NCBI GenBank assembly: GCA_017483195.1
Contig: JAFULR010000010.1
Span: forward strand, 12,673-76,672
From: Clostridia bacterium
GTDB lineage: Bacteria; Bacillota; Clostridia; Oscillospirales; CAG-272
DNA length: 64,000 nt
Reading direction: 5' to 3'
Below the pieces are notes generated by a model. The model saw only the letters and a program-made list of their open reading frames with translations. It did no database searches and had not been told where the DNA came from. Each line of letters begins with the position of its first letter. Position 1 is the stretch's first letter. Positions 50,351 through 60,016 of this stretch are shown piece after piece. Both the position numbers and the translations under genes were made by a program.

Positions 50351-51787
50351 TTATTCGGTTATAAAATCATATATATGCTGTGCTGTCTGGCGGATCTGAC
50401 TTTCGTTTGTTATCAACGAAGTCATTGCACTATCCTGACCGACATACATTCCAAAATATGAGTGATTACCGTCTTTTATTACTACTTCGGTAAGATCTCC
50501 GGGGAGATTGATCTTGTTCTGAAGGTATTTAGCCATATTCATAACCTGGTCCTTGTTTCCGTAAACGGAGAGGACGCGGAGGTCTGTGATATCGTTTATG
50601 GAATACGCCGCAAGGAGAACTACTCCCTTGAAGGTATCCTTATGAGTTGAAGCGCAGCTTGAAGCCATAGCGCCGCCGAGGGAATGACCGCCGATATACC
50701 AATTTTCAACCTCGGGGAAGTAATCGGTTACGCTTACGCCCTTATTTACTCCGAAGAATGCGAGGTTATAGGGCATTTTTACGAGAATGGAAACCACGCC
50801 CTTTTCAGCGCAGGCTCTGAGCAAGGGGTCGTAAGCCTCGGGCTCTACGAGAGCGCCGGGGTAGAATACAAATCCGCCCTGGATCTCTCCGTCGGGAACG
50901 TAAGCTACAAGAGATCCGTCCTCGTCAAGCTCCTTGACGGTAACGTTTTCGGTTACAAAGGAGTTGATCAGATTATCGTTTGCCTTATGGGGATTGCCGA
51001 GGAATGCCATTGAAATGAGCAATACTGCTACCACTACAAGGCTGATAACACTTCTGAACACTATGCCGCTCTTTGTTTTCTTGGCTGCTCTTTCTTCTAT
51101 CTCGAGCTTGCGCGCGATCTTTTCGTTGATCTTCTTTATATCGGACTTATAGGTTGAGCGCTTGCTTGGCATCTTTACGATATATTCCGTAATGGGGTTC
51201 GTTACCGTCATAATAAGAAGGGCAAACGCAACGGAGTAGATATCGGTATATGTAAGTGAGAAAAGAATAACGCTGAAGTCACGAAGGAAGTTTACCCAAC
51301 CGAAGTCAAGTCCGCCCTTTTTAACAAGCGCCATTGAGAGTGCGTGGTCGCCGTTGGGCGCGCTTCCGTATCTCAACGTAAGACCCGTACCGATCTCTAT
51401 GAACACAGAACCGACGAGAGCCGCCAAAAGCAGGTAGTGCTTTTCGGTTTCGGGGTTAAAGAATATATCCACGGGAAGAGTTTTGCTGAAAAGGAAGGAG
51501 AAGAAGGAAAATCCGACCGTTGCGATGGCAACGTTGAACATATATCTCGTTCCCATAAGTCTCCACGCGAGCAAGCAAAACGCCGCGTTGATCAAAAGGT
51601 TGACCGCTATGTAAGAGAATCCGAACAGGTTCTCTATAATAAGGGAAAGACCGATGATACCTCCCTCGGGAATGTCGGCATCGGCGTGGATATGAGTACC
51701 GAATGCTATTATTGCCGATCCGATAAGGGCGATCAATAAATTTTTGTAATTAATCTGCAGTAAAAAAAGTTTTATACGCTTGATCAA
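50351..51787 (-). CDS. YitT-family membrane domain fused to an alpha/beta-hydrolase
   Basis: N-terminal 5-TM YitT/DUF161-like region; C-terminal hydrolase with GHSLGG nucleophile elbow. Confidence 0.6.
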   Translation of the reverse strand: MIKRIKLFLLQINYKNLLIALIGSAIIAFGTHIHADADIPEGGIIGLSLIIENLFGFSYIAVNLLINAAFCLLAWRLMGTRYMFNVAIATVGFSFFSFLFSKTLPVDIFFNPETEKHYLLLAALVGSVFIEIGTGLTLRYGSAPNGDHALSMALVKKGGLDFGWVNFLRDFSVILFSLTYTDIYSVAFALLIMTVTNPITEYIVKMPSKRSTYKSDIKKINEKIARKLEIEERAAKKTKSGIVFRSVISLVVVAVLLISMAFLGNPHKANDNLINSFVTENVTVKELDEDGSLVAYVPDGEIQGGFVFYPGALVEPEAYDPLLRACAEKGVVSILVKMPYNLAFFGVNKGVSVTDYFPEVENWYIGGHSLGGAMASSCASTHKDTFKGVVLLAAYSINDITDLRVLSVYGNKDQVMNMAKYLQNKINLPGDLTEVVIKDGNHSYFGMYVGQDSAMTSLITNESQIRQTAQHIYDFITE

Positions 51788-51810
51788 AATTTATACCTCT
51801 CAATATTTAT

Positions 51811-52575
51811 TTATCCAAGTAATACGTCGGAAATGAGCATTATGCAAAATCCTACGAGCAGAGCATAGGTTGCGCCCCTCTCGTTTCCGTGCGCGTGAGT
51901 TTCGGGGATCATTTCATCGCTTATGACGTAGAGCATCGTTCCGCCCGCGAATGCGAGTGAAAAGGGTAGAATTACCTGCGCTATGCTGACTGCAAAATAG
52001 CCTATCATTGTTCCAATGACCTCAACAAGTCCGGTTGCCGCCGCGCAGAGGAAGGTCTTTTTAGGTGATATGCCGCTTGCGAGCATTGGCGCGATTATTA
52101 CCATACCCTCGGGGATATTCTGAAGTGCGATACCGCCCGCTATGAGAAATGCGCGCGAATAATCTCCGTCTCCCGCTCCAAAGCCCACGCCTGCGGCAAT
52201 TCCCTCGGGCAGATTGTGGATCGCAATAGCGGTAACAAAGAGCAGCACCTTGCTTAGATTTGCGTTCGGATGCTCCTCAACGTCGCCACCCACGAGCTTA
52301 TGAAGGTGGGGTACGAGCTTGTCAACGAGATTCAAGCAGAGCGCACCGACGAAAATTCCCGCAACGGTAACTATTATTCCGTACTTACCCCCATACTCAA
52401 GTGAGGGAAGGACGAGTCCGAGCACCGCCGCTGCGAGCATTACTCCCGCCGCGAAGCCAAGGGTTATATCCGTAAATTTATGTGATATTTTTTTAAAAGC
52501 GAAGCCGAGCAGAGCGCCAACGAGCGTTGCGCCTCCAACTCCTAACGCAGTAAGTAAAACTAAATCCATAGTCAA
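51811..52575 (-). CDS. zupT: ZIP-family metal transporter
   Basis: 8 TM helices, HNxPEG motifs (HNLPEGIA, QNIPEGMV). Confidence 0.8.
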   Translation of the reverse strand: MTMDLVLLTALGVGGATLVGALLGFAFKKISHKFTDITLGFAAGVMLAAAVLGLVLPSLEYGGKYGIIVTVAGIFVGALCLNLVDKLVPHLHKLVGGDVEEHPNANLSKVLLFVTAIAIHNLPEGIAAGVGFGAGDGDYSRAFLIAGGIALQNIPEGMVIIAPMLASGISPKKTFLCAAATGLVEVIGTMIGYFAVSIAQVILPFSLAFAGGTMLYVISDEMIPETHAHGNERGATYALLVGFCIMLISDVLLG

Positions 52576-52787
52576 ATTTCCCCATATACATAACTATACA
52601 TAGTATAGTATAACACAGATTTTTGTTATTTTCAAGAAATTTTAAATATTTATGAAAATATTTTTATTAACAGATGCGGATACACATTTAATAATATGTT
52701 GACAAGCGTTCGTTTGCTATGGTATAATATAAAAAAGCTTCTTTTTTTGAAGCCTTTTTTTATGACATTACTATTTGGAGGCACAAT

Positions 52788-54203
52788 ATGGCTAAAAACA
52801 CGAAAACTCCGGGCAGTCTTACCAAAAAGCATTGGTTCGGTTATATGTTCGGTGACTTTGGCGGATGCATGACATTCGCTCTTATGACCAGCACATTCTC
52901 TTTGTACTGCACCAAGCTCCTTGGTATCAACTCAACGATTATGGGTATTCTTACCGTTATCTGGACTATCTGGGATGCGGTGAATGACCCGATGATGGGT
53001 GCTTTGATGGACAAGGCTTTTGCCAAAAATCAGAACAAGCGCGGAAAATTCCGTCCCTGGATCCTTCGCGCGACACCCTTGCTCGCGATCACGGCTATCG
53101 CTCTTTGGACGGTTCCCACCTTCCTTGAAGGAATTCCGCTTCTCGTTGCGCTTTTCTCCTTCAAGATCCTTTACGAAGCATCCTATACGATGTTCAACAT
53201 CCCCATGGGCTCGCTTCTTTCCGCAATGTCCAAAAACGACGCTGAGCGCGCGTCCCTTTCTTCCGCTCGCGGAGTTGGTTCCATGTTCGGTAATATGATC
53301 CCCGGTATGATCGGCCCCGTTCTTTTGGGAATGTTCGGATCTGATAAATCCACTCCCTATATGATCACGGGTGTGGCTTGCGCTTTGGTTGGATTCGTTG
53401 TTTGCCTTCTTCACTATGCTCTTACAGAGGAGCGCGTTGTTGTAAATGAGCAGACAAATGCTGACGAGATCAAATTTACCGATATTCTTGACGTTGTTAA
53501 AAAGAACCGTGCCTTCGTGGCTCTTTGCATTCACGGCGTTTGCATCTGCACTATGCAGTATCTCTCGGAAAACATCAGCTTGTTTATGTTCGATGCCGTT
53601 TATCACGATCCTACGTATAAAACCATCGGTCAGGTGCTTTCCGCTCCCTTTATGGTGGGCTCAATGGCTATAGTTCCTTTCCTTTGCAAAAAGCTCGGAC
53701 TTGAAAAGATCATTCGTTACACCCTCCTCGCGGGTGGTGCTATCTGCGTTGGCTTGTTTGGCTTGCACGTTGTTATGGACGTTCATCCCCTTGTTCACGG
53801 TGTTGTTCTCGGTATCGGTACCGGAATGGCTATGGTATCCATTCAGATGCAGTGGGGTCTTGTCGGTGAGGCTATCGACTACAACGATTACGTTACCGGA
53901 AAGAGAACAGAGGGTTCAATTTACGGCACGTTCAATCTCTCCCGCCGTATCGGTCAGGCGATCGGTCTTGGATTCAGCTTCTTCGCTCTCGACTGGATAA
54001 AATACGATCCCGATGCCCTTGTTCAGACTGACGGAACAATCTTCGGATTTAAGGTCATCTGCGTGCTTATTCCTGCTCTCTGCATCGTTGGCTCCTGGGC
54101 TGCTTTCAAATTCGTTTGGAACATTACTCCCGAGATCCGCGCTAAGATGGCTGAGAGAAAGGCTACAGCTGTTGCTGCCACAGAAGCTCCCACAGAGGAA
54201 TAA
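52788..54203 (+). CDS. MFS/GPH-family glycoside:cation symporter
   Basis: 471 aa, 12 TM helices, GPH-family N-terminal signature. Confidence 0.75.
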   Translation: MAKNTKTPGSLTKKHWFGYMFGDFGGCMTFALMTSTFSLYCTKLLGINSTIMGILTVIWTIWDAVNDPMMGALMDKAFAKNQNKRGKFRPWILRATPLLAITAIALWTVPTFLEGIPLLVALFSFKILYEASYTMFNIPMGSLLSAMSKNDAERASLSSARGVGSMFGNMIPGMIGPVLLGMFGSDKSTPYMITGVACALVGFVVCLLHYALTEERVVVNEQTNADEIKFTDILDVVKKNRAFVALCIHGVCICTMQYLSENISLFMFDAVYHDPTYKTIGQVLSAPFMVGSMAIVPFLCKKLGLEKIIRYTLLAGGAICVGLFGLHVVMDVHPLVHGVVLGIGTGMAMVSIQMQWGLVGEAIDYNDYVTGKRTEGSIYGTFNLSRRIGQAIGLGFSFFALDWIKYDPDALVQTDGTIFGFKVICVLIPALCIVGSWAAFKFVWNITPEIRAKMAERKATAVAATEAPTEE

Positions 54204-54223
54204 TTTTTCGTTTTGATTTTATC

Positions 54224-54256
54224 ATCAAGTGGCACGCGCGTGCCACTTGAGTTTTA
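54224..54256 (+). terminator. rho-independent terminator
   Basis: CAAGTGGCACGCGCGTGCCACTTG hairpin followed by AGTTTT. Confidence 0.7.
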
Positions 54257-54560
54257 ATGAAGGTTTATTAAATTGAGATTTAGCGAGGGATTAGCACAAA
54301 CTCATTTTTAATTGAAGTAACCTTGTAGGGACCGGCGTCCTCGACGGTCCAATTCAAAAGCAAGGTAACTTTTGTTCAAAAATGTTGGATTTTGTTTGTG
54401 CGTAGCCGTGAAATTTGATGTTATTTCATCGTTATGGACCGTCGAGGACGCCGGTCCCTACAGGTTAGTACAGATTTTATTGGTATTGCCTCGAAGCTGA
54501 TTAAAGCTTTTTTGGTTACTTTTTTCTCGAAAAAAGTGACCGATAAATCAAAATTTGAAC
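54240..54560. repeat. about 320-nt palindrome-bearing repeat unit (copy 1, inverted relative to copies 2 and 3)
   Basis: Reverse complement of 55960..56350; contains 2 copies of GGGACCGGCGTCCTCGACGGTCC. Confidence 0.85.
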
Positions 54561-54571
54561 AGGAGATAGTT

Positions 54572-55930
54572 ATGGATAAATATATTGTTAAAACCCCTTG
54601 CGGTGAGGTGCGCGGCACGGACTGCCGTCTTGACGGAGTGATTGCGTTCAAGGGTATCCGATACGCGACCGCGGGCAGATGGGAATATCCCAAGCAGGTG
54701 ACTGCGTGGGACGGCATATATGATGCGACCGAATACGGTAATTGCGCTTATCAGCCGCGAGCATTTATGAACGAGGCAGAAAACCCCAGCAAGAAGTTCT
54801 ATTACAAGGAATTCAGAGAGGGAATTGAATACACCTATTCCGAGGATTGTCTTGTTCTGAATATCTGGAAGCCCGAAAATGCCAAGGATGGTGACAAGCT
54901 CCCCGTTCTTTTCTACATTCACGGTGGCGGATTTACGGGCGGATGCGCAAATGAAAAGCATTTTGATGATCCCATCTGGGCGCAGAAGGGAATTATAGCG
55001 GTGAGCATTAACTACCGCCTTGGCCCTCTTGGATTTTTGACTCTTCCCGAGCTTAAGGAAGAAGCAGGATGCACGGGAAACTACGGTCTTTACGACCAGC
55101 TTTGCGCTATGCACTGGGTAAGGGACAATATTTCCGCGTTTGGCGGCGATCCCGAAGCTATTACGATCATGGGTCAGAGCGCGGGCGCGATGAGTGTTCA
55201 GCAGCACTGTCTTTCACCGCTTTCAAAGGGACTTTTCCGCGGCGCGGTAATGAGCAGCGGCGGCGGTGTTCACAAGGTTCTTTCTGCGGATTCAGCTGAA
55301 AAGATGTACGATTTCTGGCACGCGGTAATGAAAAATTGCGGAGCGGAAAATCTTGAACAGTTCCGCGCGGTAGCTCCCGAAAAGCTTTTTGAGGCTTGGC
55401 AGAGAACACAGAAGGAGCTTAAAAAGCCTGCTTCGTGCTTTCCCTGCATTGACGGCGAGCTTGTGATCGGTACGGGTTGCGATCTTTTTGCAAAGGGAAA
55501 ACAGCACGATATACACTATATGGCGGGCTCAACGAGTCACGATATGATGCCTCCCTTCATCTATTCAATGTCACAAAAATGGTGTGAGGGTCAGAAAAAG
55601 AGCTCTTACGTTTGGTTCTTTGACCGTGTTTTGCCCGATGAAACCTATGGCGCTTGGCATTCGAGCGACCTTTGGTATTGGTTTGACACGCTTGATAACG
55701 GTTGGAGACCTTGGACAGAGAAGGACAGGGCGCTTGCTTCTCTTATGAGTGATTATCTTGTTAATTTTGTAAAAACGGGAAATCCCAACGGCGATGGTGC
55801 GCCTGAGTGGAAATCTGCTCAGGAGAGCAAAAGGGCACTTTTCCTTGGCGAAAACGAGCCGAAAATGTCCAAGCCCTCAAGCTTGAAGCTTTGGCACACA
55901 ATGATCACGAATAAAAACGTTGGATTTTGA
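54572..55930 (+). CDS. carboxylesterase type B (PnbA-like)
   Basis: COesterase-fold motifs (HGGGFTGG, GQSAGA); start MDKYIV with AGGAGA RBS. Confidence 0.85.
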   Translation: MDKYIVKTPCGEVRGTDCRLDGVIAFKGIRYATAGRWEYPKQVTAWDGIYDATEYGNCAYQPRAFMNEAENPSKKFYYKEFREGIEYTYSEDCLVLNIWKPENAKDGDKLPVLFYIHGGGFTGGCANEKHFDDPIWAQKGIIAVSINYRLGPLGFLTLPELKEEAGCTGNYGLYDQLCAMHWVRDNISAFGGDPEAITIMGQSAGAMSVQQHCLSPLSKGLFRGAVMSSGGGVHKVLSADSAEKMYDFWHAVMKNCGAENLEQFRAVAPEKLFEAWQRTQKELKKPASCFPCIDGELVIGTGCDLFAKGKQHDIHYMAGSTSHDMMPPFIYSMSQKWCEGQKKSSYVWFFDRVLPDETYGAWHSSDLWYWFDTLDNGWRPWTEKDRALASLMSDYLVNFVKTGNPNGDGAPEWKSAQESKRALFLGENEPKMSKPSSLKLWHTMITNKNVGF

Positions 55931-55959
55931 TTTATATTTGAAAACGGAAGGCGCGAGCC

Positions 55960-56350
55960 TTCCGTTTTTTTGTTTCAAATTTTGATTTATGGGTTACTTT
56001 TTTCGAGAAAAAAGTAACCAAAAAAGCTTTAATCAGCTTCGCGGCAATACCAATAAAATCTGTACTAACCTGTAGGGACCGGCGGTCTCACTGCGGTTCG
56101 GTCACGCTCAGGGAAAAACAACACACCGTGTTGTTTTTTAAGACCCTCGCGCCGCTTCGCTACCCCGACGGTCCATAACGATGAAATAACATCAAATTTC
56201 ACGGCACGCACAAACAAAATCCAACATTTTTGAACAAAAGTTACTTTGCTTTTGAATTGGACCGTCGGGGACGCCGGTCCCTACAAGGTTACTTCAATTA
56301 AAAATGAGTTTGTGCTAATCCCTCGCTAAATCCAGATTTATCTTGGGTTA
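55960..56350. repeat. about 390-nt repeat unit (copy 2)
   Basis: Inverted with respect to 54240..54560; direct with respect to 58280..58620. Confidence 0.85.
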
Positions 56351-56427
56351 TTATATATAAAGCCTTGACAAATCAAGGTTTTTGCTATAAAATGTATCTA
56401 TAATTATTTTGTTAAAGGAGAAAAACT

Positions 56428-58224
56428 ATGAAAGATAGAAAAGACATACCCGCAAAGTACAAGTGGGACTTATCCGTAATTTATGCGGACGATGCTGCTT
56501 TTAATGCCGATTACGCGAAGGCTGAGAAGCTTATAAAGGAGTTCCCCAAGCACGAAAAGACTATGACGAAGAGTGCAGAGGGACTTTACAACGTTCTTCG
56601 CGCAGAATGTGATATTGAGTCCATTATCGAAAAGCTCTGGAGCTATGCATCCCTCAATTTCTCGGTTGATTCCACAAACAATGCATTCCAGGCTCTTAAC
56701 GGACGCGTTCGCGCTCTTGCCGTTCAGGCAGGTGCTGCTTCCTGGTTCGTAAGTCCCCGTTTGCTCGCTCTTGACAACGACGTGGTTGAGGGCTGGTTCC
56801 GTGAGTATCCCGCTCTTGAGACCTTCCGCAGAACCGTTGACGGCATTATGAGAATGAAGCCCCATATGCTCAGCGACGAGGGTGAGCAGCTTATGTCCCG
56901 TCTTCAGGACGGCTTTGGCACGCACGGTGACATCAGAAGCATTTTTGCAAACAGTGATCTTCGCTTCGGAAAGATCAGAGACGAAGAGGGCAAGCTCGTT
57001 GAGCTTACGGACGTAAATTACGTTCCTTTCCTTATGAGCAAGGATCGCCGCGTGCGTCAGTCAGCATTCAGAAAGCTATATGAGACCTACGGTCAGTTCG
57101 GCAACACCTTTGCCACCATCTTCAACGCGATGGTTCGTGAAAGAGGAACGCTCGCAAAGGTTCGCGGATACAAGGATTCCATTACTGCGTCCACGTTCCA
57201 CGACGAGGTTACTCCCGAAATTTACAACAATCTTATAAACAGCGTTCACAAGGGACTTCCCGCGCTCTATGACTACTATGCTCTCAAGAGAGACGTTCTC
57301 GGCGTTCAGAAGCTCCATCTTTACGACGTTTACGCGCCCCTTATCGGTGAGCTTGACAGAGTTTACTCCTATGAAGAGGCGATCGAGGAGGTTCTTAAGA
57401 CCGTTGAGATCTACGGCGACGAGTATTACAATGCTCTTAAAGAGGGTCTTACAGAAAAGGGTTGGGTTGACGTTTACCCCTCAAGAGGTAAGAGAGGCGG
57501 CGCATTCAGCTCCGGTACTCCCGACACAGAGCCCTATATCCTTCTTAACTACACCGAGACACTTGATGACGTTTCCACACTCGCTCACGAGGCAGGACAC
57601 TCCATGCACACCTGGTTCTCAACTCACTACAATGAGCCCCATAATTCAAATTATACAATTTTCGTAGCCGAGGTTGCATCCACCGTTAACGAGCTTCTTC
57701 TGTTCCACAGAAAGCTCCGCGAATGCACCGACGACAATGAAAAGCTCTATATTCTCAATCAGCTTATGGAGACATACAAGGGCACGCTCTACCGCCAGAC
57801 GATGTTTGCAGAGTTTGAACGCGATATGCACGCGATGAGCGAAAAGGGAACTCCCCTTACCGCTGAGGTGGTTAACAAGCACTACTACAAGCTTGTTAAG
57901 AAGTACTTTGGCAAGGACGTTGCGGTTGACAAGCAGATCGCTATGGAGTGGATGAGAATTCCTCATTTCTATTCAAGCTTCTACGTTTACAAGTATGCAA
58001 CCTGCATTTCCGCCGCTTCCGCGATCGTTAAGAGAATTGAAAACGAGGGCGCGGCATACGTTGGTCAGTACATTGATTTCCTTAAGTGCGGCGGCTCCAA
58101 GTCTCCTCTTGACTCACTTTTGGTTGCGGGAATCGATATGAGAGATCCCGAGGTAGTTAACGGCGCGATCGAGGATTTCAAGAGCGCGGTTGCAGAGTTC
58201 AGAGAGATCTATAACAGAAAGTAA
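56428..58224 (+). CDS. pepF: oligoendopeptidase F (M3B)
   Basis: 598 aa, HEAGH zinc motif, PepF family N-terminus. Confidence 0.85.
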   Translation: MKDRKDIPAKYKWDLSVIYADDAAFNADYAKAEKLIKEFPKHEKTMTKSAEGLYNVLRAECDIESIIEKLWSYASLNFSVDSTNNAFQALNGRVRALAVQAGAASWFVSPRLLALDNDVVEGWFREYPALETFRRTVDGIMRMKPHMLSDEGEQLMSRLQDGFGTHGDIRSIFANSDLRFGKIRDEEGKLVELTDVNYVPFLMSKDRRVRQSAFRKLYETYGQFGNTFATIFNAMVRERGTLAKVRGYKDSITASTFHDEVTPEIYNNLINSVHKGLPALYDYYALKRDVLGVQKLHLYDVYAPLIGELDRVYSYEEAIEEVLKTVEIYGDEYYNALKEGLTEKGWVDVYPSRGKRGGAFSSGTPDTEPYILLNYTETLDDVSTLAHEAGHSMHTWFSTHYNEPHNSNYTIFVAEVASTVNELLLFHRKLRECTDDNEKLYILNQLMETYKGTLYRQTMFAEFERDMHAMSEKGTPLTAEVVNKHYYKLVKKYFGKDVAVDKQIAMEWMRIPHFYSSFYVYKYATCISAASAIVKRIENEGAAYVGQYIDFLKCGGSKSPLDSLLVAGIDMRDPEVVNGAIEDFKSAVAEFREIYNRK

Positions 58225-58279
58225 TAAAGCAACAAAATAAAGGAAGGGGAGCTTTTGAAAAAGCTCCCCTTTGCTTTTG

Positions 58280-58620
58280 GGTTCAAATTTTGATTTGTAG
58301 GTATGTTAGTTGAAACAAAACGGACAGTCGAGGACGCCTGTCCCTACGAGTTTGCAAATCATTTTTTAGTAAATTATAGCCATTTGTTGCTAATATGGCT
58401 ATTATCTTCGCAAAAAATTACCGCTGTCTGTTGTAGGGACCGGCGTCCCCGACGGTCCATAACGATGAAATGACATCAAATTTCACGGCTATGCACAAAC
58501 AAAATCCAACATTTTTGAACAAAAGTTACTTTGCTTTTGAATTGGACCGTCGAGGACGCCGGTCCCTACAAGGTTACTTCAATTAAAAATGAGTTTGTAC
58601 TAATCCCCCGCTAAATCCCA
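58280..58620. repeat. about 340-nt repeat unit (copy 3)
   Basis: About 95% identical over about 190 nt to copy 2; carries a variant palindrome GGACAGTCGAGGACGCCTGTCC. Confidence 0.85.
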
Positions 58621-58694
58621 ATTTATCTCTATCTATTGAATATTTTGATTGTCTGTGCTATAATTAATCCATCAAACACAAGGAGCGCGAGGAT

Positions 58695-59111
58695 ATGAAG
58701 GGTTACAACGTTATCGTGGTTTTTAGCAAGGAGGCTGACAGGATGCTGATGTGTAAGAGGGTGAAGGATCCTTACAAGGGACTTTCGAATTTTGTCGGCG
58801 GCAAGATAGAGGCGGGTGAGGACGGGCTTTGTGCCGCGTACCGCGAGCTTTTTGAGGAGACTGCGATAAAAAGGGAGGACATAAGGCTGACGCACCTGAT
58901 GGATTTTACCTATCATATGGCGCGCGAGTACGTTGAGGTTTACGTTGGCAGGCTTAATAAGGACGTTGAGATCAAGGGCGATGAAAATATCCTTTATTGG
59001 TCGGATCTCGATCACGATTTCTTTGATCCCGCCCTCTATGCAGGTGAGGGCAATATCGGACACATTATGATGCATATTGGGTTTGATAGGGAGAGGCTGT
59101 TGGAAATATGA
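58695..59111 (+). CDS. NUDIX hydrolase
   Basis: Nudix box GGKIEAGEDGLCAAYRELFEETA. Confidence 0.8.
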   Translation: MKGYNVIVVFSKEADRMLMCKRVKDPYKGLSNFVGGKIEAGEDGLCAAYRELFEETAIKREDIRLTHLMDFTYHMAREYVEVYVGRLNKDVEIKGDENILYWSDLDHDFFDPALYAGEGNIGHIMMHIGFDRERLLEI

Positions 59112-59638
59112 ATGATAATTTACCGAAAAGGAAGAATATACGGTTAAGAGAGCACGATTATTCCGCGCCTGGCGCGTATTTCATAACGATATGCACGAAA
59201 AATAAAGAAAAATTACTATGGAACGGTGAGCTCGATATACAAAATTTTGATTGGGAACTTGTAGGGGCGCGCTTTGCGCGTCCGCGGAATTTACCATTAT
59301 CAAAAATAGGTGTTGTAGTTGAAGAAAATTTGAACAAATGGAATGATACGTATGGAAATGCATATTTGTCACCGTATGTGATTATGCCAAATCATTTACA
59401 TATTATGGTTGTGATATTACCTGATGAAGAAGACGGACGCGCAAAGCGCGCCCCTACGGTTAGCACGATGATTAATCAATTCAAAGGAGCCGTAACGAAG
59501 CAATTAGGCGAAAATATATGGCAAAAATTGTTTTACGACCACATAATTCGAGATAAACACGATTATGAAGAAATATCGAAATATATTTACGAAAACCCAC
59601 TCAAATGGCAATTTGATGAATTGTATTTTGATGAATAA
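59108..59638 (+). CDS. REP-associated tyrosine transposase (RAYT, IS200-like TnpA)
   Basis: HxH motif (MPNHLHIMV) and catalytic-Tyr region (YDHIIRDKHDYEEISKYIYENPLKW); ORF contains two in-frame inverted copies of the genomic REP 24-mer. Confidence 0.7.
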   Translation: MNDNLPKRKNIRLREHDYSAPGAYFITICTKNKEKLLWNGELDIQNFDWELVGARFARPRNLPLSKIGVVVEENLNKWNDTYGNAYLSPYVIMPNHLHIMVVILPDEEDGRAKRAPTVSTMINQFKGAVTKQLGENIWQKLFYDHIIRDKHDYEEISKYIYENPLKWQFDELYFDE

Positions 59639-59652
59639 ATGTTGGGGGCATT

Positions 59653-59976
59653 ATGTTAGGAAAAATTGTAAGGGTCATAGTTGACAGGCCGATTGGCAGT
59701 CGTCATCCTAATTATGAGGATTTGGTTTATCCTGTGAATTACGGTTACGTTGAGGGTATTATTGCGCCCGATGGCGAGGAGCAGGACGTATATATTTTAG
59801 GGATCGACCGACCGATAAAGGAATACGTTGGCAAGGCCGTTGCTATCGTGCATCGCTTTGATGATATTGAGGATAAATGGGTGGTAGCTCCCGAGGGCGC
59901 GCATTACACAAGGGAAGAAATAATAGATCAAATTGAGTTTCAGGAAAAGTTTTTTAAATACGAGATCATAATGTAA
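59653..59976 (+). CDS. short inorganic-pyrophosphatase-like protein
   Basis: 107 aa; DRPIGSRHP...YPVNYGYVEG...DGEEQDVYILG resembles the family-I PPase core; much shorter than canonical Ppa. Confidence 0.35.
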   Translation: MLGKIVRVIVDRPIGSRHPNYEDLVYPVNYGYVEGIIAPDGEEQDVYILGIDRPIKEYVGKAVAIVHRFDDIEDKWVVAPEGAHYTREEIIDQIEFQEKFFKYEIIM

Positions 59977-59977
59977 A

Positions 59978-60012
59978 AAGCTCCCGACGGAAATTTCCGT
60001 CGGGAGTAATTA
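59978..60012. terminator. bidirectional terminator
   Basis: CTCCCGACGG-aaattt-CCGTCGGGAG, flanked by A-run and T-run. Confidence 0.65.
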
Positions 60013-60016
60013 TTAT

